Positions 1 through 14,431 of a stretch of 64,000 nt of DNA are shown piece after piece. This DNA is from Daphnia carinata. Taxonomy: Eukaryota. How positions within the stretch are numbered: the first letter of the stretch is position 1; the number at the start of each line of letters is the position of its first letter. Location: positions 11,532,001 to 11,596,000 of the forward strand of contig NC_081331.1 in assembly GCF_022539665.2 (NCBI RefSeq), given 5' to 3'. Both the position numbers and the translations under genes were made by a program. The notes below the pieces were generated by a model that did not search any database, was not told the origin of the DNA, and saw only the letters and a list, made by a program, of their open reading frames with translations.

Positions 1-100
1 AATTATTCAAATGCAAGCCCGCAAGACTTTTCGCTCGAGAGTTTTAGTACATTTTTTTTCAAGCAAACGAATTATCGTTATCTCGGCTGTATGCATTTAC

Positions 101-936
101 CTGAGTCTCGACAATCAAGTCGTTATCGACCAGCTTGATGATGTAACTGTCATTTGGCGGGTCATTCCTTGTCTGAATAAAGGTCGTCTTTTACGCCACG
201 AGGGAAAAATGCGGAAAATTAGAAACTCATTACACTGATTTTTGTAGGCTGAGGTACGGCGAGGAGCATCATGCAAAATGTATGTGTACCTGAATGGCTT
301 GTGGAGACGTGGCTTGAGATTTGGTAATGGCCGCGTGATCGTCTAAGACGACGGTCGTCAACGGAAAAGCGGATCGATCGTGACGGTCTTTGTATCTACC
401 GAAGCAGCTTTGCCCCCGTAAGCAGCCGATCCTTGTGTGTGTGTGTGTAGGTCGTGTGTTGATATATATTGCGGGGTCCACGTAGGGATTGGAATGAGAG
501 TCAGGGCCAACGGTCAATAACATCGCCAGCCAATCGACAATTGGACGAGAAGAAAGGAATACGAAAGAACATAAGCGGCTAAGTTAATTTTGTCAAGTAG
601 TCCAAGGGTAAAAAAGATCAATTTGCAAACAGCAATCGTCCAACTCGAATACGATACCTGAGGAAAATAAAGAAGAGCAATACGATGGCTAGGCCAGCAG
701 AGGTCGTTAGGATGATCAACAAAGTTAAGCGTCCATCTGTGAACATATACAAGCATTGTTAGAATAAACAAATCACTATATACTTTAAAGAGACGTGGCA
801 GTGAACTAAGCAAGTTACCTTGATCCAGCATCAGTGAGGCATCCTGTGAACGATTGGTAGCCACTTCGACGGGCGTGTAGGCCGGCGGTAAAATTCGAGA
901 AGCCAATAAGGTGTTTTCCCAAGCCATGCTGATCAT
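101..936 (-). CDS. Unnamed single-pass (probably type III, N-out) membrane protein; 3' part lies outside the window
   Basis: Phase-consistent GT-AG exons 936-819, 736-658, 395-290 and 172-101 give MISMAWENTLLASRILPPAYTPVEVATNRSQDASLMLDQ|DGRLTLLIILTTSAGLAIVLLFFIFL|RYKDRHDRSAF...PQAIQ|TRNDPPNDSYIIKLVDNDLIVETQ. There is one clear hydrophobic helix followed by basic residues and an upstream NRS sequon. A strong acceptor lies just upstream of the ATG (~954), so further upstream exons are likely. Confidence 0.65.
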
Positions 937-3900
937 GAGGAAGGCAGTTAAGGCTGTTGTGACAAATGAAGAACGAAAGACAGTCCACTGGCAGTGTTCC
1001 GTTAGGTTCCCTGATGAACTGTAACGTACGTTCCAATCGTTGTTTGCGCGTATGCAGAGCGTGACTTCTTCCACCGCAGAATTATTTCCTGTTTTCAATT
1101 TCCTGTTCAAACGTTTAGCGGGCCTCAATCTGTAAACGTTTCCTCCGTCGGACCTTCCGTTTTTTTTTTTTTGGTCATTCACATGTGCGATGATTACAGA
1201 ACGGCTGGCCAAACTATCCCTTCCCCAAAAACGGGTTAGAGTAAGAAAATTGAAAGCTCAGCACGAAGGCTGCTCTTTTCTTTTTAGCAATTGCATCGAC
1301 TAACTTGAGCCTTTTCAGTTCGGGCTTTGTGCAACTTCAGTTACTAGTCTAGTGAACTTTCTTTATAGTGCACAGTTCGTCAGCAACAACGCCAAAGCAA
1401 ACAAAAAAGCAGCTTTTATTATCATTTTTTTTTCAATTGCACACTGTCTGTTACATGAAAGCCTAACAACCCCTCGACATTTTTCCCTTTCTTTTTTTTT
1501 CCTATTTTTATTAAAAGGTGTCATAGGATACGGAAGTTCCAAAAGCTTTTAAATAGTTTTTATTTTGTTCTGTTTAAATTGAGGGGGGGGGGGGAATCCA
1601 CGTGTAATGAACTAACTGTCACGCTCACATGAACTGTCGTTTCGAACGCAACTTGGACAGTCGGAAACTGCACTGTACCTAAAAAGTTTCTTCGTCGCTA
1701 GTAATTACTGGCCAATGCAAGTTCTGGGCCACAACGTACACACGTACACACACCGCTGGACAGAGCTTGACGGATGAGAAATGGTTGAATTACAGCCAAA
1801 GGCAGAGGAGTAGCGACCAATGTCAACCGACAAGGACGGGCGAATTGGATCGACTGCGGCGAGTCCGCCTCGGTTGGGTGCAACATACACGATGGAGAAC
1901 CCAACGCCAAAGAGGGAAGTGACTGAACGGAGGAAACAGCAGCTGGGGCAAAGGGAAGTACGACGGGCGTGTTGGTTGCACACACACACACACACAAAAA
2001 AGAGCTCCGGCGCGGAGGAAACAGTCAATATCACCGCGCGTCGTTTTTATTTTGCACCAGCGGAGACACACAAGCAAACCCTTTCAATCACTTGACATAA
2101 TACCCGAATCAGCGGACAAAAAAGGAGAGGGCTTAACTGTGTGAGAAAGACGTCTATAGTGAGAACGAAACAGATTTTATTTTTATTTTTTTTCGAACAG
2201 AATCTTGTCAAACAAAAATGGCTGTGAACGTAGAGCAAAAGCGAGACGTCCTCCCGATACTGGGCCGCCTGTGAACTGCGAGAATCGGGACATGGAAAGC
2301 TGAGTCGACGCTATAAAAACGGCAAAGAAGTGGGCTGGGCGCTGCCGAGTGGTAAATTTCTTTATTTTATTCTTTATCCTTTTTTTTTGCGCAAGCTTGA
2401 CTCCAACATCCATAACACACAATCGTTCCGTATTTTTTGTAAAATTCTTTTCCGCTCTTTCTCACTCCGGTTCTCTTCATTCACGCGCAACGTACTCTGT
2501 ATATAAAAGACAGCTACTTTAATAGACAGGACAGTCTCTTTGTATTGAACCCCATTGACGTCCTCCCCCTGACGTGTTTCCCCTTTGTCGTTTGCTGTTC
2601 GATCTTTGTTTTGTTTTTGTTTTTTATGTAGCTGCTTACGTGTTTCCCTGTTGAAAAATGTTTGATGCTCTTCTTCTCCGAAAGGCTTTCAGAGATCCGT
2701 TAGTCGTTAACTTTGGTCTTATACGGCGAAACACGATGGGAAAGTAGTGGCCACTCGGAGGGTAAAAAGAACGAAGTGATCTCGGAATGTACACACAAAA
2801 AAAAAAAGGAGATGACACGGACAAAAATAAAGAAAGACAAAATGTAATCATTCACTGTATAGTTGGCAAATGGAAAAAAAAGTAGCACACTCGCAGAAAA
2901 CTCCTTGGGCCACGTGATAGTCCTTCACCTAGCCTCTCGACGACTTCGGCAGTATAGTCAAGTAGACGCGCTTATTAGGGCCATTCTGAGTGCGTCCATC
3001 GTCAGCACTTCGTCGTTGTGTACAACTGGAGACGAAATAGATGTTGCTCGCATTTAGTCACAATACAGGCCCCGGACAAAAGAAGCCAATTGACGTCGAA
3101 GAAAGCCAAGTTTCCCTGTCAACCAAAATAAATAATAAGGAAAAATTGGGTACAGAAATAAGGACGCACGATCAGTACATCACATCTTTCTAGTCCACTA
3201 TCAAAGTTGAATACAAAGCAATTCGATCTATTCGCAATGTGTAGGCTACATCACAACGAAACAAAACACAATAAACGGATCGTTATTTTCGCTGAAAGCT
3301 TTTTGGACAATGCAATGATGCGCATTATCTACAGATCGGAACCAGTTTGAAAAGTCTTTATTTTTCTTTGAGCGAGAGATGAATAGTTTAAAATAAACAA
3401 TCATTGATCTATGTGAACATGGCACGTTGTTATCGAGCTGTATTTCACTGAGCTTTTCTTTTTTCGCAGTTGGTCGTATGTATTTATGGATGTACACGAT
3501 AATGGCGAGCGACGATTGTTTACTGTCAAACTAACTCAAGCCGAACGAACAAACCGAATCGAAATGTGACCGCAACAACTGCTGACGTCCCTCTCTTTCT
3601 TCCTCTCACCCTTCTCGCAATTGAAAGATGGCAATCATCTATAGTGTGGAGAAAAGCGAGAAGAAAAAAGAGAACAAATAGAAAGACTGCCAGAGAAGTT
3701 GGAGAAATCTTTTTCGTGCCACAAAACACGATAAAAAACTCCGGGCTTATACGATCAGCTCGAGTCAACAGACAGTTTGTTTTGTTTTTCTATCGTGTTT
3801 CGTTTCTTTTTTTTTCCAATTCCATCGGCGGTTTGTTTAATGCTTCTTCTTCTTCTTCTTTTTGTTGCCTCCGTTGACATCGTGCGATTATCTTTTGATT

Positions 3901-6900
3901 GCGGCCAAGTCGAGCGAAAATGGGCGTGGCATTGGGACGACATCGACCGAAGACTTTGATAGGCATTCACTAGACGTGGTGTACAGACGCGCACAAAAGG
4001 GACTAGCTAAAGAAAATCGGCCAACTAAAGAAGAACAAAAGAAGATGGAAGTCTTAAGAATGAAAAGAAAATAAAAAAAGAAGGAAAAAAATTGAAAGAA
4101 AATAAGGAGGCTGCGGCAGGCTGCAGAAGCCACTGCCAGCAAGCTGAAAAGAATTGGAATTCTGAAGGAAATAGAAATGGAAAAAAGCGACAGAGAAAGA
4201 CAAATAGGAAATAGGATACGAGTTTTTTTTTTTACAGGCAGAGGGGAAAGGATCACACATCTAAGAGATGAGAACCCCAGAATTGAGAAAACTGTCAGAC
4301 GTGAGAAGGGTTGGTTGGCAGGACGAACGAACACACAACGGGAAATCCGCATCGGCTTACATAAAACATAGCGAGAAAAAAAAATAATATAATAAATATT
4401 TATAGGCTAGTAATAATAGGGCAAAAAAAAGTAGAAGCGAAGAACGAACCGTAAATATAATGTGATTGGGTGCAAAAACTTTGCCGGCAGATAAATAAAA
4501 AGCCAAACGATGTCATCAGCTAACGTCACTTGCACGCCAGTTTACTTACGCGATCCGCCTGCGTGATTCCTGTTGAACCAACAATCACAATAAAATTCTC
4601 GCACAAAAACAAACAGTAAAGTTCGCTGGCGCTAGTTCCGTGACATTAATAAATGGCTGATTATTATTACCCGATCGTTGCTGTAAGTCAGCCGTTAGTC
4701 AACAGCCTTTCGGGACTGTGTGACGTAAAGTAAGATCAATGTTGAACATGTTGGTTTAGATGCTGTATTTCATTAGTTTGTTTTGTCTTAATAATATTAA
4801 ACTAGTCCCCGTTGGATTGAAGAAAACAAATCGCAAACACGACGGACATGTTAAAGGTCAGTGTTTTTTTCCTTAAGGCAAAAACGAACCGAAAAAATAT
4901 AGTGAACTATACAATAAAAGATTTATAAATGTTTTTCTAAAAAATTCTGTCCCAGTGTATAGAACACTAACATGAGTTTCAGGCGAAAAACATGTTTTGA
5001 AAACAGGCGAAGCAAAAGTTGTGCCGAACAAGAGATGGCTGCATTTAAACAGCGCGGCCTAAATCGGATTGAAACCCCATCATGGCTGTCGAAAGACGAA
5101 ACCAACGTAATACATCATTTAAAATGGAAATACCCTTGCCCCTTCCAAAAACTTATAAACCACGTTCGTTGCCGTTCCGTTTTTTTTTCTCTTCCCATTC
5201 TGCCCATGTCGACACTTGCTGTCCAAACTTTTTTTTCTCCTCCTTTCTGATGGTGCCGTTGGGACGGCTCGACTAAATACTTTTTTTAAAGTTTATTTAA
5301 TTTATATATTTTTTCTGTGTGTGTATGGCCAAATGGAGAGAAACGGGAAAAGTAAATACGCGAACGCAACTGCGGCCATTATTTTTCTGTGGGATCGTTC
5401 CTTGCGGCATGTCTAGCCTACCCGAAGCTAAATTGCCATCGCTGTAGAGTGTAAGAAAAAAAAAAAGGAATAGTCTGTGCTCCATAATCTAAGACCAGGA
5501 TGTGTACGCGTAGCTTGGCTTTCTCTTTCTAAATTAGTAATTGTAATCATGGTAAATTAAAGAAAATGGAAGAAAAAAAGGAGGTAAGTGAAAAGGAGTA
5601 CGCTTTAGCGAAGTGCTGCCGTTGAGTTTCATATATATTTTTTTAATTCTTGTGGCGATGTGGTGGATGTTGTGCTACTGAAACTAATGGCGTTGCATAG
5701 TACAGGGATTTCGTCAATGGAGTTGGAGCTCATTATTGCGACCTACACCGAAATGAACGAAATGGAAGATGAAAACATCCATAACTTGGCTGATTGCCGG
5801 CAGCAAAGAACAGAAAACTAGGATTTCTTTTTTTCTAAATTATTTGTTGATGTTTGTTGAATATTCTTCTTTCTTTGGCGAAAAAAAAAAAAGAATCTTT
5901 TTGAATAGGACTAAAATTGTTACGATGAATAATTGGATTTCAGACGTGTAGGGGGGTACAGGTATATAATAACGAAACGTTCCATGTGCAGCGTGAATCA
6001 GTAACAGAATGCCTATATAAAGGTATCATTGTAACCCTTATTTATTTGTATTATTCAAATGGCGTGGACTCGGTGACGTCCCGTTTCCAACGGAGACGGG
6101 CGTTGGCTACCGAAGAAACACAAAGGCAGTTTGAATTCGAATCACGCAAACAGACCCTCCCCACCCTGAGGCCTAGTCTTGAACTATATCGATTGTAACA
6201 GAAAATGGTTGACGGTTATACAAGAAGGGGAGAAAAAACAAGGCAGGTCACCACACTATTCCAAACGATACAAAAATAAAAAAAACGATTATTTGGCAAG
6301 TGCACGCGATTCAATGTTTTGTAGACACCATGGCAATTCCCCGGCACGTGCCGTGCACCGGATCTGCTAGGACAAGCGCAATGGTGAACAAAAATAAAAA
6401 AGGAGAAAATGAGAACACAGGTGCGCGTGCATCTGCGTTCCAGATGACTAAGTGAATTCAGCTAAAAAGCTTATTTCTATATGTGTATACTTTCGTCTAT
6501 ATCGGTTGTGTAACTAGGAATCGTATAGCCAATCGCGAATCCTAAAGTATTTTGTCGAATGATTATAGTTGCAGGGGACAAAATAAACAACGGGGATGAG
6601 AAAACAAACACTTGAACGTTTCCCTGAAAATCGGGTTATCGATACGATGAAATCTTCGGCGGATAAAGTTCTTTCTGTACGTTTGCTTTCCTTTCTAGTC
6701 AAATGAGCTTTTCAATGTTCTTTGTTACACGTTGACAGACAAGAAGCCAGTTTGAATTCGTATCTCAAATATTGATTGAAGATTGCTACTCGACAACGAG
6801 CGATCCACTGGAATAATTAGATGGATTATTCAAAAAAGAAAGTGCATTTTATACCGAGAAAAACTGAATTGGGGAAGGGGGAAACGGAAACTTTTTGCTT

Positions 6901-8634
6901 GAAATGTACGTGTCACATTATTAGCCGCTACATTCAAATAAAGTGACATCTACGTGCTGAGATGATGAGCTAAAACGCCATCGTGATTACACGTCATCTG
7001 TGCCGCGTGCGAGCGCTCGACGTATTGTCCGCCGGGCGACGGGAGTCCCGTCCTCGAGCGACGTTCAATCTCAGTCATGAAAATGTACAAGTTCTCCGAA
7101 ATCTCATTGCGAGTACCCAGTAGATGTAGAGCGATCAAGAAAACTTCACTAGCACCCCCAAGTCTTGATGGATTTCAACGAAATTACCCACACTATCAAC
7201 TAGAATAAATTCAAGAACATGCTGCTATAGAGCGGAACATAAGGAAAGCTGGGATTTTCGATTTTGACTGATGGATGGAGGCCACTTCGTGTCTGCTGTC
7301 TCGTCATCATGATAAGATACTAATATTCAAATGTCTTCATGTCATAACAAGACTAGGTCACAGAGGGCTTTACACCCGGACATTCGATTTCTTTCTAGAT
7401 CCCCAAACAAACGCAACAACATAACAGTTGATACTATTTGAGAGCACGTATGCAAACAGAGCGGACATACACACACACACACACACCAAAATCGAAAATT
7501 AAAAAAAAAAAGTTCAAAGTCGAACGTTTTCGTCGGGAGGGATTAAGAAAGATGTGGGAAAGAAAATTTATCTCTTACCAATATTTTTCTCTCTGCTCTA
7601 TTGATGTTATGTGTTTGTGTGGCTGACGTTGTTTTTCGTGTGTGTTACAAATACAAGCGGCCGATAACGAACGGCCGATTGCCTCCTATCTGGTCTGACG
7701 GTACGGATCGAAATGAACGAAACGTTCGTACAGGTTGCCGGCTTGTTTAAACTGGGCACAGACGGACAAGTGTGTGTACCAACACAAGGTGTGGTATTAT
7801 TAAGAGCGAAGGGCGGCGGTAAACGTACCTGTCCTGACACACGCACTCACAAAAAAAAAGATCCATTTTGATCGAAACGAGTCACCCTCGGAGCAGGTGT
7901 GTCCCCACAGACGGATAAATGTATATACTTATTGTTTAGAGTTTGCAAGTGGCCATTTTTCTTTTTACGTGGTAGAAAAAGGGGGGGATATCTGTGTTAT
8001 ACCGCAATACACAACCTAAGGAGAATGTTTTTGTTTGTTCTAGTCTTTTTTTCGTATCTCTTTTTGTTGAAATATTTGGGGTCGACATAAACGCAGAGAG
8101 CTGGATCTGTAGGGAAAGTATCGTGTAATGCAGCTGGACTCGGTGGATTGTACCAACATGTGGCTGAGCATCAGTCGCCCCACCTTCCGATCTCGTGTCT
8201 CTGCATCGCCTTTTATCTCTACATCTATCTCTCTATTTTAAACCTAGAAATGGACTCAAAAATTGTTACGTTACGTTTAATCCTAAATACTATGCGCGTT
8301 TCCTAATACAAGATTTCAAAATGCAGTAAATAAGGCCATTTGAAATGTTGGAGATAAACGAAATGTTGGAGCGCGCGACGTGAATAGTAAAGGGAAGCTC
8401 AGAAATCAAATGAGAACAAACTAATCAAATTAATGAAAATTTAAAAAAAGGGGAAAATTAAAAGCGAATCAGTAGAAACAGTTTTACCGTGTAGAGGGAA
8501 GTTGATTGGATGTGTCGCGGAAGACTGTGTGGAAGCAAGGCTCATCATCACCAACTCTGTCGAGACGTTCTGAACAAATGAACGATTCTCTCGTTCACTG
8601 AGGTCTCGCCTCGTCGTCGTTCGTCACAGAAAAA

Positions 8635-8686
8635 ACACACACACACACACTTCTCTGTCTCAGCACACACACACACATACACACAC
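8635..8686. repeat. Compound (CA)n microsatellite
   Basis: acacacacacacacac...cacacacacacatacacacac is directly visible. Smaller (CA)/(TG) runs occur at ~434-448, 1979-1996 and 7469-7486. Confidence 0.8.
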
Positions 8687-11600
8687 TGTTTCTCTATCTG
8701 AGGTTAAGTCTGTTCGGGAGTGAAGGTTATCGCATTTCTAGACCATAGCAAAGTTTATAGTGACCGATCAGTCCGAAAAAAAGGGAGGGCGGGCGAAGAG
8801 CTGGGGCATTTGAAAGGAAAATTAAAAAGGGCAAAGAGAGTCGGAGAAGAACAGAAATGTGATGAAGAGAGGCGTATATGTGTAAAGACGATGATGATGG
8901 ACTTGGGTCGATGTGGCTAGGGACTTATCGCACTTATTGCAGGGTAATTCGACACCGACAGACAAATGAGTTTATCATTTTACCCTCCCCTCTTTGAAAT
9001 GAAGAACCGGTTGCTTGTATTATCGGTTGATAATGTAATACACACACACGCACATACACGCACAGGATACAGAAATGTGAAATGATAGAAAGGACTGAAT
9101 CGAACTATAATCAGCTAGTGGCGATGTTGCCATCCGGGCCACCACTGAAGGCTGGCTCTTGTTTTTGCACATCAAATGTGTTTTGTTTTCCCAGTTTTTG
9201 GGTAGAACATACAAAATGAAAAACGATACCCACAAAAAAAAAACGCGAAATAGCCAACTGCTGACTGGATGGATGGAAAATAGAAGGTGTTGATGCTCTT
9301 GTGGAGGTCACCTACTTCCGCTTCATTAAAAATTTTTGCAAAGGCTAGCAAAAAAGAAACTTATCAGAGGGCTAATGTCCTCAATTTTCGTGACGTTCCT
9401 TTTTCTTTTCAGATTCGTTGTGGGTTAGTAAGTAAAATGACACCCTACCGTGCTGTAACAGTTACGAATCGCTGCAGAATTTACAGAAGCTGGGACATCA
9501 ATGTCGTAATCAGAACGAGAAGAATCTCCGCATTTTGTTTTGCTTTTCTTTTTTAATCAATTGCCGGCAGAAAGAGGAAGCAAGGGCCAATATGTGTCGA
9601 ACATCCGGCCGTCGTAAAATTGCATCCCGACTGGTGTGTCGATGCGCTTGAAAAGAGACGCGAGGTCGTATCACATGTTGTCCTCGATCGAACGAAATAC
9701 TTTGTCACAGATTCGCTAATTGCTAACATAATATAGCGCATTAAACATTGACATTTCCCTATGCAGTTTCAATTTAATCCCGTTAGATTCTTTGCTCTAC
9801 TTCTCAATAAACACGTTTTTTTTCTTGTACGGAAAAATATTATTCCAAACAAGCTCTTCTTTATTGTAGGGCCAAATGAATAATTCATTTTCGTGTTAAG
9901 GAAACACGGGACACGTCTACAATGACAACGTTTTATGTAAACTACTCGTGTCTATTGGAACAAGAAAAGGGACAACTTTAAGAAAAGAAAAGAGACGTAA
10001 TTGTTTACGTTCGCTCTTCTCTATATATGTGCTTGCATATACCATTATTTCGCTTGAACAGAGCCCCTATTCTCAGTAAGCCTCTATCTTCCTCAAGTTT
10101 CACGACGCTTTTCTGTTGACTCTATTTTTTTTTCCTCATTAGCATCGGTATTGAAAACGTAGTTTTCGCTTGATTGAATGCTACGCTTTCCCTGAATGTA
10201 TAGATTTGCTCGAGCTGCCTCCAGAATAAGCAACGATTTCTCAGACTGCATAGCAGACAGTGCCGGATATTTTGTAGTAGAAGAAGATTATTGCTGGAGC
10301 AGCAGTGCCGTTGAATGGTTGCTTGATCAGCAGTTCCTATGTGGGAGTATGAACATGTTTGCTGCTGTCGGACGTGTGTTATCAATGGCGGTTATCGTGT
10401 TACAAAACGACTCGCAAGTTCCTTTTTTTTTTCGTGTATCGCGCGTGAAAGAGAAATAGAAAACGACTTTCCTTGGCCATGTCTGGCAATTCCATCGTCT
10501 TCAGCAAACACACAGTATGGATTCCTCTGTTCAATTCTTTTATTTCTTTTTTTTTTTTTAACATAAAAAAAAGGAGGAGCATAGTAGATACTCTGAAGGC
10601 GGATCATGACATTCGAGGACTCCTTCTGGCTTTTCTTGAATCGGAAAACATTTTTATAGATGGAGGGGGGGGGGGGAGCATAGCGCGTTGGCAAAGAGTT
10701 AGACGGAGATAAGCGGCTAAGCTTTTCGTAGAAATGTGCAGACACAATATGATGACGACGACGGCCGGAATGCCGTGCGTGTCCTTCCTAAATAATCCTC
10801 ATATCATTCCTTTGCCTATTCCCGCTGTTTCGTTTTTGAACGAGCGCGAACATCAGGCTCGGCATCGTCAAATAACTCGTTGGACATACATAGGCGTATC
10901 AGTTGAAATAAGATGAATAGACCTCACGTGCAGTCGTATAAGAAACTACTACTACTATCTAGTAGTGCAAGGCATATAAGGTTAAGAATTTCCCTGCAGA
11001 CTCGATTAGGTGGCACGCCATTCGACCGAACTTGCACGTTTGGATGCAGTACCACTTCCGCGTGCTATGCGAATGTCATAATAAAGTACGCAGTATTGTA
11101 TCTCCTGCACAACGCACTGCGAAAAACGGATGTAGAAAAATTCAAAAAGAATTGTCGCAAAAGAAGAAATCGATTCGCCCACCCTGTGAAATGAATAAAA
11201 CAGGGGGGAAACATCTTAGTGATATAGAAGAGTGGAAGAGGATAAAAAAAAATCGAATTATTGAATGGAATAATTTTCGGGGGTGGGATGTAAGGTTTTT
11301 TACTTGAAACTGACAAGCGGGGATTGGCGTGGGCTTTTGATGACAGGAGAATTGAATTTTGATGAGCAGGATACATCCCTCACATCCTCAAAGGTTCCGC
11401 AGACTTACAGGAAAGCAACTTGAAATTGATTTACCCTTACCAGCGCTAAAGAAACACCTCAAGGCAATACTGGAATTGATCCAGAAATAGACAAACAAGT
11501 AGCTTCAACTTCTACTTGGAGACTACGTATAGTAGTTGTTGGCCTGCTTTAAACCGTAATACAATTCCGCGTGTCATCGCATCGCCATCATTCTCTTTTC

Positions 11601-12742
11601 CATTTTGGAAAACAGCCTCACCAATTCGTGTATGTATAACCTATATTAACTATAATGTTAAAGTTGGGGGAAACGCTTGCATTTTTAGTTGCCCGGTTGC
11701 ATGACCGAACGGCAGAGACGCATCCGTTGGCTTTATTTATCGGGCAGGATGCAGCCGCCCGTCGTCTTCCACAACATTTTCTCCCCTCTCCTTTAACTAC
11801 TGCTGCTGTTTTTCAATTCACGGTAGATTTCATACAGACCAACAACGGTTTCTATTTCCTGACCAGATGCGGACTTTTTTTTCCATTCAACATGTGGTAT
11901 CATGCAAATATTTGAAGGGAGGTCGTCATTTGAGGTGAGGCGACGAGAGAATTCAATCGATGTACCACGCAGGTGGAAATTGGTTTTTCTTCATCAGCCT
12001 GACGCATTGTAAAGCAAATATCGGGTGGGATCAGACTGTGTTTTATGCATGGAAAGATAGAATCAACGCATTTCCATTTCCCTTAATAATCCACTGTTAG
12101 CCATTATTTTGATGACGTCACAACAGACGAGCGCACCTGCAGGTGTAATGCTGTGCGTACGCAAAGCTGAAACACTTATTTTTCCTTTTTTACCACCGCC
12201 ACCCAAACGAATTTCACATGGCTTTTTAAAGAGTGTTTCTTAACACTTTGTAGCGTTTTTTTTTATTAATTTCCTCTTATTCTATCCAATCTTGGACATC
12301 TCACTTCGTAATGTCAGCTCAGGGTTTTTGACATTTGTCGGTTTTTTATTGTCGTTATCGATCGATTTCTGAGAAACGAACTTCGATCATGTTTCGTAAC
12401 CATCGAGCCCGAAAAACTACAACTTTTTTTTTAAGTGTATATTGTGCGGTACAAAACTTATTTTTCATATTGTACATGCAAATGAAAATCAAAACGTAAA
12501 AATAATGAGCAACCAAACCGCTGCTCCTTTTTTAACGGTAAAAGCTGCCTTGTTTTACATGAATTCAATTATATAGGCTGAGTTTTAAGGAGGGAACAGG
12601 CTTACAAGCTACAGCAAGATCAATAAAGTCCATACACTTATACTTGTAGCAGTTAGTTAATGGGTAGAGCACATGATGTTAGTGAAGTGGCTTTTGTCGA
12701 ACATGGCCAAATTGATTGCAAGGTGTTGTGTTTTTAAAACTG

Positions 12743-13896
12743 TTAGGTCATGCAGGATTCGACGATCGTTACGCCGTTTGCTTGTAGATTCTGCTCATTT
12801 CTGAATTGAATTTCAGAGCGCCGGGCGATTGCCTTAAGTTTCTGGAAACAAGACAATGAATCTTTTTTAATACGACTTCCCAGAGTGTCATGCAGTTAGA
12901 CTGAACAGGGAAACAGTAGCATGCTTGGGAAAATAGATGTTTTGATTTTAATGGCGATTGAACTTTAATAAAGGATATTGAAGAAGAATAAAAGTTCTTA
13001 AGGTGAGAATAGCCTACGTGTACTTGAAAAATGCCTATTTATATACGCGTCTTGCGGGAAATTTGTTCGCACGATACCTGGTAGTGCATATTCATCTCAT
13101 CAAGAATGCCTGATGGCCAAGAAACGTTGCACGTTTGTTCAGTGAGGGAACCCAGGCGGTTAACACCTCTCAGAAGAGCGGCGGCTCGGTTTTCAACACC
13201 ACGCGGTTGAATGGGTGGACACATGGAACGTAAGACGTCGTCAACTAACGGTAGGACGGATTTGGCAACCTAAATAGGAAATCAATCAATCATAAGAAAA
13301 GTAGAATCAAATACTTTGTGAAACCACTGTATGCCAACAATAGAAAACATGTGATTTCCATTTATTGTGAAGGTAAAGTGCTGTACCATTGCCAATTCAA
13401 CAAACTTCTGTTGTTCAGTAGAAGCCAATGCGGTGGTCACCAACCTTTCACTCATCAAGTGACAACCCTTTAGCATCTGAAGACAGTGAGGGACTATTCC
13501 AAGGGCATCATCCACCCACTTCCATCTATGAGATTCCAACACCTTATCCAAGTCAGGATGGATTACTAAATCATCAGGATCAATACTGTCCATAATGTAG
13601 TCTCCATCTTCCATTTCTATGCTGCTTATAAGGTGGATATCTGACCTACTACAAAAACAATCGAAATTTAAATCACTTTAAAAAACTAAAAACCCATCTG
13701 ATTGTCTTTAAAATAGCTACCTCACATGGAAGCCATCTTGTTGAACATCTGTGCCTTGCTCTTTCTTTAATGATGAACCAGCATTAGGACAAAGTCGATA
13801 CCTGCATATAAACAATAGGGCGAGGAGGGCTGCAATGAATACGGAAGCCAAAATCCCTCCCGTTACAGCCACAACAGCAGATTGAGATGCGTGCAT
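12743..13896 (-). CDS. TMEM98: Transmembrane protein 98 homolog
   Basis: The spliced model starts MHASQSAVVAVTGGILASVFIAALLALLFICRYRLC (N-terminal TM). The core WVDDALGIVPHCLQMLKGCHLMSERLV...VAKSVLPLVDDVLRSMCPPIQPRGVENRAAALL resembles TMEM98. The last exon is KLKAIARRSE...CMT* (stop 12743-12745); other candidate acceptors exist in the last intron. Confidence 0.85.
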
Positions 13897-14431
13897 TTGA
13901 TGGCGACGTAAAACGAAATATTTAATGAAGTTATAAACGTTTATAAGTATTCAATATGGAACCTTCAGGATTTTAAATAATTAGTGAATACATATTGGAA
14001 GGAATAAGAGCAAAATCTAAGGATGTCACAGACAGAAATATAAAAACAAAAAACACTTGTTGATTGTTTTCTGTTTTTATGGAATGTGTTTTTTGTAACG
14101 CCCTCCGGCTACTTCCCGAAGCGAAGCATGTTTTCGCACAGTAGCATTTACATAAAACTTTTACCCAATATTGTTATAGACATAAATAATCAATTTTTAC
14201 CTTTCTTAAATTTATTGCATTGCTTAGTATATTTGAAACATTAAAACGTAAAAAAATGAACAACCCTGTATACTCGTGTAGCAGCCGAACAGTTAACCAA
14301 ATAAGCATGCTTTCTAGTTTCTGCTAACCTCAAGCGTAATAGAGTCAGATACTCGGGTGATTGTTTTCACTGCAAACTCTAGTAAGAAATTCAGACTCGG
14401 TGGAATTGATGATAAAGCAAAATTTGTAAAA
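13897..14431. promoter_or_regulatory. Probable bidirectional promoter region TMEM98/EXOSC10
   Basis: The two start codons diverge with only ~535 bp between them. Confidence 0.6.

Noticed and set aside
101..172. DNDLIVETQ as the start of a carboxylesterase/neuroligin/AChE domain
   Set aside because: The resemblance is only a few residues, and it lies C-terminal to a TM helix on the predicted cytoplasmic side.
514..1212. 232-aa minus-strand ORF as a single-exon gene
   Set aside because: It reads through introns. Only 936-819 is in the coding frame of the spliced model; the TM exon uses another frame.
3980..4230. Purine-rich stretch resembling a decayed Lys/Glu coiled-coil coding sequence
   Set aside because: It has stops and frameshifts and no splice framework. 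It is explained by A/G-rich low complexity.
1300..12400. Numerous 60-150 aa ORFs rich in Phe/Lys
   Set aside because: They arise from poly-T/poly-A tracts and microsatellites and show no domain signal.
12900..13015. Alternative acceptors in the last TMEM98 intron giving other C-termini
   Set aside because: Possible, but the distal exon (KLKAIARRSE) best matches the family's terminal helix, and sequence alone gives no further support.
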